Shown piece after piece: positions 18,830 to 29,050 of a stretch of DNA of 64,000 nt. A model generated the notes under the pieces. It did no database searches. It was not told the DNA's origin and saw only the letters and a program-made list of their open reading frames with translations. A program made the position numbers and the translations under genes. Source of the stretch: Rubripirellula sp. (GTDB lineage: Bacteria; Planctomycetota; Planctomycetia; Pirellulales; Pirellulaceae); assembly GCA_965216875.1 (NCBI GenBank), contig OZ244207.1, positions 4,480,001 through 4,544,000 on the forward strand, read 5' to 3'. How positions within the stretch are numbered: the first letter of the stretch is position 1; every line of letters starts with the position of its first letter.

Positions 18830-19237
18830 ATGAAATACTGTCACGAGTTCATCGAAATCGATTGTCCTGTCGACGACGCCATGGCATTGTTTGGCGACCC
18901 ATTGCGTCTGCCCGAATGGGCGATTGAATACTGTCAAACGATCGCGAAAACCGATAGTGGCTATGTTGCCGAGACGGTCGAAGGCTCACGTTGCTTCAAC
19001 ACTCGCGTCGATCGTGCGATGGGAGTGGTTGACGCTTGTTCGGGTTCCAACCACGACCAATTGAATGACATCCTGCATATTCGTTTGGTGCCCGCGGCAG
19101 ACGACAAAACGCTTGCGAGCTTCATCTACTCTCCACCAGGACAGGTCCCGCCGGAAGTGCTTCAACTGATGCAAACGGGACTCAACAAAGAGGTCCAACA
19201 CGCCAAAGCGATGCTTGAATCCGCCGTGCTCCAATAG
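18830..19237 (+). CDS. SRPBCC/polyketide-cyclase-like protein
   Basis: IEIDCPVDDAMALFGDPLRLPEWA is a START/SRPBCC-like N-terminus; ATG 18830 chosen as start. Confidence 0.65.
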   Translation: MKYCHEFIEIDCPVDDAMALFGDPLRLPEWAIEYCQTIAKTDSGYVAETVEGSRCFNTRVDRAMGVVDACSGSNHDQLNDILHIRLVPAADDKTLASFIYSPPGQVPPEVLQLMQTGLNKEVQHAKAMLESAVLQ

Positions 19238-19294
19238 CGATTCCACGTGCGATGAGTCCAACCCCGCTTCGAGTTCGCTAGCCACCGAGTTGTC

Positions 19295-20188
19295 ATGGTT
19301 TCTGAATTGACCAACCCCTTCCAGGAAGATCCTCATATCGATGTGACCGACCAACAGTTGGTTGCCCAGGCGTTGGAGGGCAGTGGAGATGCGTTAGAGA
19401 AACTCGTTGCGGGTCATCAAGCTTGGCTATTCAACATCGCCGTGCGCATGGTCTGGAATGCGACGGATGCCGAAGACGTGGTTCAAGAAGTGATGATCAA
19501 GGCGGTCACAAAACTCTCCACCTTCCGAGGCGAGAGTTCGTTTCGCACTTGGTTGTACCGCATCGCTTGCAATCACGTCTTGAATATGAAACGTCGCACC
19601 TCGGAAGAACAGTTAGTGAGTTTTTCGCAATTCAGCGACGATCTCGACCGAATCCCCGATCGCGAATTGCCCGATCCCGAATCAGTGCCCGTTGACCTTC
19701 CGGTCCTCGTCGAGGAAGCGAAACTCGGTTGCCTCTCTGCAATGCTCCTCGGCCTCGATCGCCGCCAGCGGCTCGCCTACACGCTTGTCGAATTGCTGGG
19801 AGCGAGTTCACAGACGGCTGCCGAGTTGATGGAGATCACACCGGCCAACCTGCGCCAAATCGTCCATCGAGCGCGCCAGGAACTTTATCAGTTCATGAAT
19901 GGCAACTGCGGTTTGGTGAACAAAGACAACCGCTGTCGGTGTGCGGCCAAAACGCCATCGTTCATCGACGCTGGTTACGTTGAACCGGCGAACATTCGCT
20001 TTGCAGATGCATCCGCTCCAAGACTTGACACTAACGCCAAGTCACTTGAAGTGCTCGAATCGAGGGTCGACCAACTGCATCGCGAACAACAGCAGCAAGC
20101 GCGATTCATGACGCCGCCCGATGCAAAGAACTCGCTGATGCGATTTTTGAGTGATCCAGCCGTCCGTGAAACACTTTGCCTCGACTAA
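19295..20188 (+). CDS. ECF sigma factor with Cys-rich C-terminal extension
   Basis: DAEDVVQE, FRGESSFRTWLYRIACN, then CGLVNKDNRCRC after sigma4. Confidence 0.9.
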   Translation: MVSELTNPFQEDPHIDVTDQQLVAQALEGSGDALEKLVAGHQAWLFNIAVRMVWNATDAEDVVQEVMIKAVTKLSTFRGESSFRTWLYRIACNHVLNMKRRTSEEQLVSFSQFSDDLDRIPDRELPDPESVPVDLPVLVEEAKLGCLSAMLLGLDRRQRLAYTLVELLGASSQTAAELMEITPANLRQIVHRARQELYQFMNGNCGLVNKDNRCRCAAKTPSFIDAGYVEPANIRFADASAPRLDTNAKSLEVLESRVDQLHREQQQQARFMTPPDAKNSLMRFLSDPAVRETLCLD

Positions 20189-20214
20189 GCCGCGGGGCCA
20201 GATCCCCGAGCTGT

Positions 20215-20712
20215 TCAGCCGATACTGATCACGCTAGGCATTCCCAATTCGCGGCGAATCTGGCTCAGCTGTCCCGTATGCAATGACAGATGCGTCGTCA
20301 TCAGATGGCCAAGCAAATCGCCGATGGTTGGTAATTCTTCGACCAAGAAGGGCGTCGGGTTTGGCTGATCCAAATGCTCGTCAGTGACTTGCTGGAACGC
20401 CGCAGCCAATTTGTCGCCTGACTCTTTCAGATGGGCGACAAGTGATTGTTGTGTTCGGCCGTCATCGCCGATCTTTCCGCCGGGGCTGTTCGGACCGTAC
20501 GTGGGCATCATGTCCTGAATGGACGCCTGCGGCTGGCCAAGCAGATTGAGCCCAAAATCCATGCCCAGTGCAAGATGACCTGTAATCCATTTTGGACTGT
20601 TCGATCCCCCGCGAGGCTCGTCAAACGCTTCTGGCGACAGTCCACTCGCTGCCTCTGCCGCCATCATTCGCATCAACTCAAACAAACGTAACATCGTTGG
20701 CGCTTGTGCCAT
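20215..20712 (-). CDS. DinB-family protein
   Basis: NSPKWITGHLA and HLSLHTGQL motifs. Confidence 0.82.
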   Translation of the reverse strand: MAQAPTMLRLFELMRMMAAEAASGLSPEAFDEPRGGSNSPKWITGHLALGMDFGLNLLGQPQASIQDMMPTYGPNSPGGKIGDDGRTQQSLVAHLKESGDKLAAAFQQVTDEHLDQPNPTPFLVEELPTIGDLLGHLMTTHLSLHTGQLSQIRRELGMPSVISIG

Positions 20713-20808
20713 CGGTGGGACTCCTTACAAAACATCATCGAACGAAGTGGAACGCGAACGAAACTACCGCCAACCATCCGTTTCATCAACGTGGCATTGA
20801 GGGCTAAG

Positions 20809-23800
20809 TCACTCAGTTGCCGAAGGTTCGTCGGTTTGCACTTTCCTTTTGACGCCAACGTTCCGAGCGTACGTCTGGTAGCGAACATTGGCGTGAATCT
20901 TTGGTTCGAGCTTGCTGTCCTCGAGAGCGCGAACGGTCGCCCGATACCGACCGACTTCCGCCTCTTCCAAGAGCGCGGGAATGACTTCGGTGCCCATGCG
21001 ACCGTCAATCATCCAATTCACTTCAATCGGTTTCCCTTCCTTTTCGAGCAGCTCCGCCCACACGTCGAGACTTTGTGATTGAAATGAATTGGCGTCTTCA
21101 ACGTTGTCAGAGTCGTCGCCATTCTCAGCGTCGGTGACACCCGTTTCGTCGTCCGCTTTGAAGACCAACGTGAATTCCGGCATCGTATCGTAGATTGGCA
21201 AACGATCTTTCCATGCCAGCTTGCTTGGCAAGTCAGGACCGACCCAAATCCCCATTTCATTGTCGTATTCAAAGGCAATCGAATCGGCTGTCGCAAAGGC
21301 TCGGGCCGTATCGAATAAGCGCTGCGCTGGCTTCGCCTTTTGATCAATGACTTCGATCACAAGCGTGCTGGTTGGCCTCGCAAACCGACTCTTCTGCTCC
21401 TCGGGGATCTCTTGCGTATCGATTTGCTGACTCGTGTAGGTGAACAGCAACACATCACCGTCGCCCGATCTGGCAACCCAACACTGCCAATCGTCATTCA
21501 TTGAGTTGAGCTCCGAAACAGCCACATCGCTCCACATCTTGCCAAGCCCCGCTTTCAAACGTGACTCATCGAATGTCTCAGCATCCGACAAGACAAGATC
21601 ACCCGTTTCGATTGGCTGGATTTCTCCCATCACCAACGGACAAACCGCGAGCAACTCGGATGGAACGTCAGCATCTGTTTCCAACAGCGCGAAATCGTCG
21701 ATGGCAGATTCGATGAGTGACGAATCGACTTCCTCTGTTGCTTTTGCAAACGCTTCGGCATCGTGGTCGAGGAACGCCTGAATGGCTTCGGACGAGAGTT
21801 GGTGCTTGTACTCCACCATTTCGGAGCGGACCTTTAGCATTTCATCGATACGACCAGCACGCCGAAGCAAGCGAGCAAGCTGGCGTTGACGTGAGTAATG
21901 AGGGTAGTGCTCGCGTTCGCTCAATTCTTCGGCCGATCTTGCAGAGTCGATCGCACCATCGAGATCACCATCGCTGGCAAGAAACTGCGCAACGTTTTCT
22001 TCGCATTCCGCTTTCGCTTCCTTGTCGATCTCTACCAACGATACCCAGGCCGCTCCCTGCTCGACCATCTTCGGGTCGTGCAAACGAGTGGCTTCGTCAA
22101 TAAATGCGACCAGAAATTGGCCGCGATAATCGAGGTGCTGGCTGTCAAAACCGAACGCCGGCGGATCGAGTTGAACGAATCGATTCCTTGCAGCCATGGC
22201 GGCACGCTGACGAACCAACTGCCGAAGGCGGTATTCTGTTTCTTCACCGCCCAAGCAAAAACTGAACGCCTTCCGATGCATCTCATCCGCCTTGGCGTAA
22301 TCACCTTCTCGGGCATGCTTCTGAGCGAGCAGGCGGTGTTTTTGAGCCTGAAGTGTCCGTGCAGCGTTTGCCCGGGTATCGGCAACAAACAAAGACGACA
22401 TCTGCGGATCATTCTGGTTGACCAAAAAGTCGCCAATCTGAAAATGCCGCGCTTCGTCGTCAGGAAAATAGCTCGCCGCATCAGTAAATCGTTTGTCCGC
22501 AAGCAACGACTCAACCATGTAGTAGTTGATCGAATCGGAAACCCACTCTTCGTCTTCAGTCAACAATTCGGGCAGACGTTTCAGCTCTTGTTTCAAATCT
22601 TCCCACACGTCGACCGCTTTGGCGTGTTCTTCGTTTTCGTAGGCGCACCAACCGATCAATCCCTTGCCCCAAAAGTTCTTTGACGCTTTGTCGTGCGTTT
22701 GCAGAGCATCGGCGAGCTTTTCGATGTCGCCATAAAAATCGTCATCGATCGCCTCCATGAAGGTGTCTTTCAGCAGTTCATCGAGATCATCGACTTCGTC
22801 AAAAAGCGTTTGAAACTGACCATTCTCATAACGCAAATCTCGCAAGAACTCGATCGCAAGACCGTGCATGATGCCATCCGGAATAGCCTTTTCGCGCGCA
22901 GCAATGAAGCGTTCAGCCGCCTTTTCGACATCTTCGTCTTCGTCGCTGCTACGGCCCTCAAAAACCTCAACGCCACCCTCTGGAACATCCGATCGTTGTT
23001 TCATCTCCGCGACAACGGCGGCAAGCCACTCGGGGCTCATGTAGCTTTGGTACGCGAGGTTTCGCCAAAGGTAATCCTCTTCGCATGCGACAATCGAATC
23101 GATCAGTTCTGGGACATCTTCGACTCGCTCTTGATTCATCACGTGCGAAATGGAACTTGAATCGTCTGGCAGTATTCTCAAGAGCTTGATCGCCGCATCT
23201 GCCGCTTGCGCGTCGTTGGCCAAGCCGTCATAAGCTCGGTTGAAGACCCATTGCACGTTTGGGTGATCAGGCGAGATCTTTGCCGCCTCTTTGGCGGCGT
23301 GCAGCGCGCGTTGGTAGTCACCCTGGTTGATGTAGCAACTCCCAAGTGATGTCCAAACGCCCCAGAGTCGATCGCGTCGTTTGATGGTTTCCAAGACGCG
23401 TGCGGCTTCGTCATAGCGATTCATCGCCATCCAGTTGTATGCAAAGTGGAGCTTTGCCACGGGCGCATCGAACTTGAGCATCGGAATGCGTTCGGCCGAA
23501 CGCATCAGGCGTTCACCTCGTTCGGCTTCACCTTCCTGCCAAGTTTCGTATCCGCGCGCCGCCCGATTGAGGGCAGTGTCAAATCCTTCGGCTTGCGGCG
23601 ACACCCCGGTCATAAAGCTGGCGTACTCGTCAGAGACACGACGTCCCTCTTCGAACAACAACCAATCGTAGAGCTTCCAGCCCTCTTCCTTTTTGACGAA
23701 GTAAAACCGGTAGCTATCGGTCAAACTGTCGGTCGAGTAGAGCAACACATCCATCGAAGCCAACTTGCCGTCTGGATCTTCATACACGGCAAGGATGCGA

Positions 23801-24276
23801 TCCTTGTCATGTGTCCAATTCAATTCAGGATGCGCTGCCGCGATCGACGCTTGAACCATCAGACGATGACGCCGTCCAATCTGTCCGTTGCCATACTTGC
23901 TTGCCGCGACCGCTTCCAAAAACATCGGAAAATCGAACTGAGCCACCGTCCCATTGCGGTAGTCCTCGAGCATCTGTTTGGCCGTCGAGACAAGTTCGGG
24001 CGAACCACAGGGTTTCACACACGGATTCTTCAGAGCCTGATTGAACTCAAATTGGGCCGTGGGCAATTCGTCGCCGCGCAGCTCGAGTGCCACTTCCGCT
24101 TCGCCGGTCACGCTGTTGACGGCGACAAGCATCAAGACGCCAACGCCTCCGCAACAGAAAAAGCAAAGGGCGCCAACAATCACAAACGCCATCAATATCG
24201 GATGACCGGTCGTTTTCTGGGGTTCTTCCCTGCCATGGACATCAAAGTTGGCAGACAGTGGGTCGTCTGAAGACAC
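20809..24276 (-). CDS. Large membrane-anchored TPR-containing protein
   Basis: 1155 aa; N-terminal TM with CFFCCGG; TPR-like WTSLGSCYINQGDYQRALHAAKEAAKISPDH. Confidence 0.8.
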   Translation of the reverse strand: MSSDDPLSANFDVHGREEPQKTTGHPILMAFVIVGALCFFCCGGVGVLMLVAVNSVTGEAEVALELRGDELPTAQFEFNQALKNPCVKPCGSPELVSTAKQMLEDYRNGTVAQFDFPMFLEAVAASKYGNGQIGRRHRLMVQASIAAAHPELNWTHDKDRILAVYEDPDGKLASMDVLLYSTDSLTDSYRFYFVKKEEGWKLYDWLLFEEGRRVSDEYASFMTGVSPQAEGFDTALNRAARGYETWQEGEAERGERLMRSAERIPMLKFDAPVAKLHFAYNWMAMNRYDEAARVLETIKRRDRLWGVWTSLGSCYINQGDYQRALHAAKEAAKISPDHPNVQWVFNRAYDGLANDAQAADAAIKLLRILPDDSSSISHVMNQERVEDVPELIDSIVACEEDYLWRNLAYQSYMSPEWLAAVVAEMKQRSDVPEGGVEVFEGRSSDEDEDVEKAAERFIAAREKAIPDGIMHGLAIEFLRDLRYENGQFQTLFDEVDDLDELLKDTFMEAIDDDFYGDIEKLADALQTHDKASKNFWGKGLIGWCAYENEEHAKAVDVWEDLKQELKRLPELLTEDEEWVSDSINYYMVESLLADKRFTDAASYFPDDEARHFQIGDFLVNQNDPQMSSLFVADTRANAARTLQAQKHRLLAQKHAREGDYAKADEMHRKAFSFCLGGEETEYRLRQLVRQRAAMAARNRFVQLDPPAFGFDSQHLDYRGQFLVAFIDEATRLHDPKMVEQGAAWVSLVEIDKEAKAECEENVAQFLASDGDLDGAIDSARSAEELSEREHYPHYSRQRQLARLLRRAGRIDEMLKVRSEMVEYKHQLSSEAIQAFLDHDAEAFAKATEEVDSSLIESAIDDFALLETDADVPSELLAVCPLVMGEIQPIETGDLVLSDAETFDESRLKAGLGKMWSDVAVSELNSMNDDWQCWVARSGDGDVLLFTYTSQQIDTQEIPEEQKSRFARPTSTLVIEVIDQKAKPAQRLFDTARAFATADSIAFEYDNEMGIWVGPDLPSKLAWKDRLPIYDTMPEFTLVFKADDETGVTDAENGDDSDNVEDANSFQSQSLDVWAELLEKEGKPIEVNWMIDGRMGTEVIPALLEEAEVGRYRATVRALEDSKLEPKIHANVRYQTYARNVGVKRKVQTDEPSATE

Positions 24277-24431
24277 GTCGCGTGCTCGCTAAATAAGTTC
24301 TTGCCGAAATAATTAGAGCCCCCCAATCATAATGTCCCTCGTCGCCCGCTGCGGGGTACCAAACAGGGTGAAGGAGGATGCTGGGGACCGTTGGAAGGAT
24401 CGGAGATGCGATAGCGGGCCACATCGATCCT

Positions 24432-25376
24432 TTATTCGATACTCGACAGCACGGTTTCGCGAAACGCGAGCTGATACTCAGGTTCCCGCCGATGCTGGCG
24501 TCTGAGAATGACAATTTCCTCGTGCCCAAACAGTTTTGACACATCACGAAAACCAAGGGTTCGTATGTCACCGTATGGCGAGTCCTTCTTGGCACGGTAG
24601 CGCGGACTGATCGGGACAATCGCTATGCCAAAACCGATTTGAAGGTACTGCAAGAGCAAGTCTTTCGTGCTCGTTTCACAACTGACGTGCAAATCATCCA
24701 GTAAACCTGCTTTTGAAAACACCTCGTCGACTCGAGTGCGAGAATTCGTCCCAACGCTCGACATCACCAAGGGAAACCGCGCGAGCGTCTTGGGTGTCAA
24801 GCGTTTGATCGACATCACCGGATGCTCTGCAGGCGCAACGAGCATGAACGGAAACGTCGTGATCGAATCGGAAACGAGCGTGCTCGGAAGATCGCTTGCG
24901 AGCTGTCCAACCACGGCGAGATCGACTTCGCCCGCTTCCAACAATTGTTTCGCCTGGTTGGACGGAACATCAATCAGATTCAACTCGACTTCATCGTGAC
25001 CCTTGCGGTACTGAAGAATCGGCGTCGGCAACTCGTTGACCAGGATGTTCGATGGCGATGCGATCACCAATCGCTTGGGGATCGACTTGGATTCTTGCGA
25101 AAACCGCTCGACGATTGCGTCAAAGCCCTCAACAACAGGAGCGGCCAACTGAACCAACAGCCGACCATGCTCGGTCAAACTGACTTGCTGGCCGTTGACC
25201 TCGACCAGGGTCACCCCAAATTCATCTTCGAGCGCTCTGACCTGTTGCCATACCGATGGCGTCGCCAAATCGAGTGCCGCGGCGGCCGCAGCGAACCCTT
25301 TCCCGCGCGAGAGTTCCATCATCGCGCGAAACTGGGCAATTCGAACCTGTTTGAAATATCGACGACGATTCATCAC
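24432..25376 (-). CDS. LysR-family transcriptional regulator
   Basis: HTH GFAAAAAALDLATPSVWQQVRALEDEFGVTL; about 314 aa. Confidence 0.93.
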   Translation of the reverse strand: MMNRRRYFKQVRIAQFRAMMELSRGKGFAAAAAALDLATPSVWQQVRALEDEFGVTLVEVNGQQVSLTEHGRLLVQLAAPVVEGFDAIVERFSQESKSIPKRLVIASPSNILVNELPTPILQYRKGHDEVELNLIDVPSNQAKQLLEAGEVDLAVVGQLASDLPSTLVSDSITTFPFMLVAPAEHPVMSIKRLTPKTLARFPLVMSSVGTNSRTRVDEVFSKAGLLDDLHVSCETSTKDLLLQYLQIGFGIAIVPISPRYRAKKDSPYGDIRTLGFRDVSKLFGHEEIVILRRQHRREPEYQLAFRETVLSSIE

Positions 25377-25449
25377 AGAAACCGGCTTTGGGGATCTTTA
25401 GAAGAGGTGTCTGATTGGCCGCAAACAGAATTTGTCACTGCCTAACGCA

Positions 25450-25478
25450 AATAACGAACGATTATGAATAACGAACGA
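25450..25478. promoter_or_regulatory. Putative LysR operator (T-N11-A palindrome within a 12-bp direct repeat)
   Basis: ATAA-CGAACGA-TTAT at 25451-25465; AATAACGAACGA at 25450-25461 and 25467-25478, in the divergent LysR/MFS intergenic region. Confidence 0.6.
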
Positions 25479-25681
25479 CCAATGGGCAACGTCCTCGCCA
25501 TCGTTTGACACGGCCAAACCAACGTAAAGCTCGACCAAACGGTCACCGCGGGTTTGGCAAAAAACCAGCGATCAACGCGATCCCAAACGGCATTGCGGCC
25601 TGTACGAATCGTCGTGATCGCGTACACTCGCTGCATCTCCATCCGAGCCCTCTTCTCTGATCCCTTTCTGGGCGTTGCTGA

Positions 25682-27175
25682 ATGAACGACTCAATCGCGA
25701 CCCGTCAACGATATTGGTTGGTGTTCCTGTTGTTCTTGCACACAGTGAACACTTACATGGACCGAGTCGCGATCTCGTCCGCGAAAGGCCAAATGCAAAA
25801 CGACATCACTGGCCTTGATGATCAGATGATGGGTTACGTTTTCGGAATCTTCGCGATCGGGTATGCGTTGTTTCAGATTCCGGCGGGATGGTTCAGCGAT
25901 CGTGCAGGTCCGCGCCACGCTTTGACCATCGTCGTGATCATCTGGAGCGTGTTCACCGCGATGACGGGCGCCGTCTATACCGCGATCAGCCTGTTGGTGG
26001 TTCGCTTTTTGTTTGGTGTTGGCGAAGCGGGAGCCTACCCAGGAGCAACCCGCGCACTTTACAGTTGGCTTCCAGCCAAAGAGCGCGGGTTGGGGCAGGG
26101 TATTTTTCACTCGGGCGCCCGCGTCGGCGCGGCGTTATCGTTGGTCTTGATGCCCATCGTGATTGATGCGATTGGTTGGCGCATGACCTTTGTCGCCAAT
26201 GCTGCCTTGGGACTGATCTGGGGCGTTGTCTGGTGGGTTTGGTACCGCAACGATCCGTCGGAACACAGCAAAGTCAATCAAGCCGAAGTGGAGCTGATTG
26301 GGAAAGGGATCGCAGCCGAGGCGACTGAAAAGGAAGGCGTTCCCTACTTCCAGATCGTGACATCGGCAAACGTCCTGCTGGCGATGTTCCAGTACGCTGC
26401 CAGCAACATCACCTTTTTTATCAGTATCACCTGGCTGCAGTCACACATCGGGGATACTTGGGGCGACGAATACAAATACCTGGCCGCGGTTCCGCTCCTT
26501 TGCGGCGCTGTGGCGTTGTGGGTGTCGGGCTACGCTGTCACCTTCCTGCATAGCCGTGGCATGCCGGTGATTTCGCGACGCTTGCCCGCGATGTGCGGGT
26601 ATGCACTCGGAGCGGTGGGCCTGCTGCTCTGCACGCAAACGTCTGATTCAGAAAGCGTTTGGCCATTCATTGCGTGCTTCTCACTCGCCATCTTTGGTGT
26701 CGAAATGACACTCAGCCCGAGTTGGTCGTTCTGCATGGATATTGGCGGGACGCGATCGGGTGCGGTGTCCGCCGCGATGAACATGGTTGGCAACATGGGG
26801 GCTGCGGTGAGTGCGGTCGCGTTTCCCTTTTTCCGAGATCACATCACGATTCCCGGAATCGCTGATGTGCCCGGCACTGCCAATTCATTCTTCATCTTTG
26901 CGGCAACCATGAATGTGCTCGCCGTTTGTGCTTGGATGTTCATGAACCCGCTGCGACCGCTGAAAGAGATCTCGCAAAAAGCACTCAAGGCACGGATCGC
27001 GATTTTCGGTCTGATGATCGTTGTGGTCATCACAGCACTCATCTATACAAAGTTCATCTATCGTGACGAAAAACCCGACAAAGACCCCGCTGACAAACTC
27101 GAACAAGTCGAGCAACTCGAGCAACTCGAGCAGCCCAACGACACGTCGCCCGATACTGGGTTGCGTAGCCGATGA
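25682..27175 (+). CDS. MFS transporter, sugar-acid (ACS-like) family
   Basis: NTYMDRVAIS, GWFSDRAGPR, RFLFGVGEAGAYP, WLPAKERG. Confidence 0.92.
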   Translation: MNDSIATRQRYWLVFLLFLHTVNTYMDRVAISSAKGQMQNDITGLDDQMMGYVFGIFAIGYALFQIPAGWFSDRAGPRHALTIVVIIWSVFTAMTGAVYTAISLLVVRFLFGVGEAGAYPGATRALYSWLPAKERGLGQGIFHSGARVGAALSLVLMPIVIDAIGWRMTFVANAALGLIWGVVWWVWYRNDPSEHSKVNQAEVELIGKGIAAEATEKEGVPYFQIVTSANVLLAMFQYAASNITFFISITWLQSHIGDTWGDEYKYLAAVPLLCGAVALWVSGYAVTFLHSRGMPVISRRLPAMCGYALGAVGLLLCTQTSDSESVWPFIACFSLAIFGVEMTLSPSWSFCMDIGGTRSGAVSAAMNMVGNMGAAVSAVAFPFFRDHITIPGIADVPGTANSFFIFAATMNVLAVCAWMFMNPLRPLKEISQKALKARIAIFGLMIVVVITALIYTKFIYRDEKPDKDPADKLEQVEQLEQLEQPNDTSPDTGLRSR

Positions 27176-28421
27176 TGTCACCGGTGCCACCGACCTTGCG
27201 ATCAACTTGGTCGGCGGTGGGATGCGCGTCGTTCAGGTGTTGGGCGTTCCAACGGCGGAAAGTTTGGAAGCGTGCCGTGACTGCGATGCCATCGTGGTCG
27301 CACTCAAGTCGCGTTCGATCCCAGCCGGCGACGCGATCACGCTGTCGCTCCGCTCTCTGGCCGCACTAAAAGAGCTGGGGATCGAGCGGTTTTACTTCAA
27401 GTATTGCTCGACGTTCGATTCCACCCCCAAAGGCAATATCGGTCAGGTTGCCGAGGCCATGCTGGATGAGCTTGGGTCCGAACAAACGATTTTCTGTCCC
27501 GCGTTCCCTGGCGCCGGACGCACGGTCTATCAGGGCCACCTGTTCGTTGGCGATCAATTGCTTAGCGAATCTGGCATGCAACACCATCCGCTCAATCCGA
27601 TGACCGATGCGAATCTCGTTCGTGTTCTCGCCGAACAAACGAGCCGCGGCGTCGGGCTGCTCGCCCACAACGATATCCTTTCGGGCAACGTGCAAGGCAG
27701 GCTTGCTGAGCTAAGAGAAAACGACACGCCGCTTGTCATCGTTGACGCTTGTGACGACCAACACCTTCAGCTTGTCGCAAACGGTGTTGCCGACATGCCG
27801 CTGCTAACTGGCGGATCGGGGCTCCCAAAGTTCTTGGCATCGGCATACCGCGAACGCGGCATCATGACATCGTCGGCTTACACACCCCAGCTACCCAATG
27901 TTCAAGGACGCAGTCTTGTCGTGGCGGGCAGCTGCTCAAAAGCAACGAACGCGCAGGTGGCACGCGCTGAAAAGAAATATCCGGTTTGGCGCGTCGACGT
28001 GCCAAGTATGATTGCCAGCTCGAGTGAAATGCTTGACGCGCTGCGAAACTGGGCGGGCGATCAATCGGTCGACCAACCGCTCGTCATTGCCTCGACGTCG
28101 ACTCCCGATTCGGTCGCGAAAGTCCAACAAGCGTTCGGGGGCGAAAAGGCTGCCGAGGCGATCGAGCAATTCCTGTCGGCCGCAACACGAATGCTGGTCG
28201 AAGATCTCGACGTCAGCCGACTCGTCTTGGCGGGGGGCGAAACGTCAGGAGCGATCACTGCCGCTCTTGACGTGACCACCATGGAAATTGGCAAGGAAAT
28301 CTGCCCAGGTGTTCCCTGGACGGAAACGACCGTCGGTGATCGGCGACTCGCTTTGGCGCTCAAGTCGGGCAACTTCGGTGGTGAAGACTTTTTTGAACAA
28401 GCTTTGGAAATGTTGCCATGA
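27138..28421 (+). CDS. otnK: 3-oxo-tetronate kinase (four-carbon acid sugar kinase, DUF1537); start codon uncertain
   Basis: LGCVADDVTGATD, YFKYCSTFDST..GNIG, AGGETSG, LALKSGNFG. Confidence 0.88.
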   Translation, partial: TTRRPILGCVADDVTGATDLAINLVGGGMRVVQVLGVPTAESLEACRDCDAIVVALKSRSIPAGDAITLSLRSLAALKELGIERFYFKYCSTFDSTPKGNIGQVAEAMLDELGSEQTIFCPAFPGAGRTVYQGHLFVGDQLLSESGMQHHPLNPMTDANLVRVLAEQTSRGVGLLAHNDILSGNVQGRLAELRENDTPLVIVDACDDQHLQLVANGVADMPLLTGGSGLPKFLASAYRERGIMTSSAYTPQLPNVQGRSLVVAGSCSKATNAQVARAEKKYPVWRVDVPSMIASSSEMLDALRNWAGDQSVDQPLVIASTSTPDSVAKVQQAFGGEKAAEAIEQFLSAATRMLVEDLDVSRLVLAGGETSGAITAALDVTTMEIGKEICPGVPWTETTVGDRRLALALKSGNFGGEDFFEQALEMLP

Positions 28422-29050
28422 GCGAACAAGAACTTCGCGAACGCATCGCGTTGCACGGCAAGTCGATTTTCGACCGAGGGTTAACGGCAGGAAGCTCGGG
28501 GAACATTTCGGTTCGCATCGGCCAAGAGATGTTGATCACGCCGACCAACAGCTGCCTTGGTCGCCTTGATCCCGATCGCATTACCAAGATCGATGCTCTT
28601 GGAAATGTGGTTTCGGGCGATCAGCCGTCCAAGGAAGCATTCCTGCATCATTCGATGTACCGATCACGTCCCGACGAACAATCGATCGTCCACCTCCACT
28701 CGACGCACTCGGTCGCCGTCTCGTGCCTTGATGGGATTGATCCCGAAAACGTTTTGCCGCCGATCACCGCTTACTACGTCATGCGAGTCGGCATGCTGCC
28801 GCTTGTGCCATACTTTGCTCCCGGCGACCAAACGCTCGCCGCGGCGGTTGAGCAGGCATCCAAAAACGCTCATGCCGTGCTTCTTTCAAACCATGGCCCT
28901 GTTGTGGCCGGCAAGAACCTCGAAGCGGCAGTCAACGCAACGGAAGAGCTCGAAGAGACCGCGAAACTTTTCTTGATGCTTCGCAACGAAAAGATTCGCG
29001 CACTCACGCCCGATCAAGTCGCCGATCTTCGCGCCAAGTTCTCGAACTAA
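28418..29050 (+). CDS. otnC: 3-oxo-tetronate 4-phosphate decarboxylase (class II aldolase family)
   Basis: GSSGNIS, PSKEAFLH, VHLHSTH, LLSNHGPVV, ATEELEETAKL; ATGA overlap with otnK. Confidence 0.88.
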   Translation: MSEQELRERIALHGKSIFDRGLTAGSSGNISVRIGQEMLITPTNSCLGRLDPDRITKIDALGNVVSGDQPSKEAFLHHSMYRSRPDEQSIVHLHSTHSVAVSCLDGIDPENVLPPITAYYVMRVGMLPLVPYFAPGDQTLAAAVEQASKNAHAVLLSNHGPVVAGKNLEAAVNATEELEETAKLFLMLRNEKIRALTPDQVADLRAKFSN

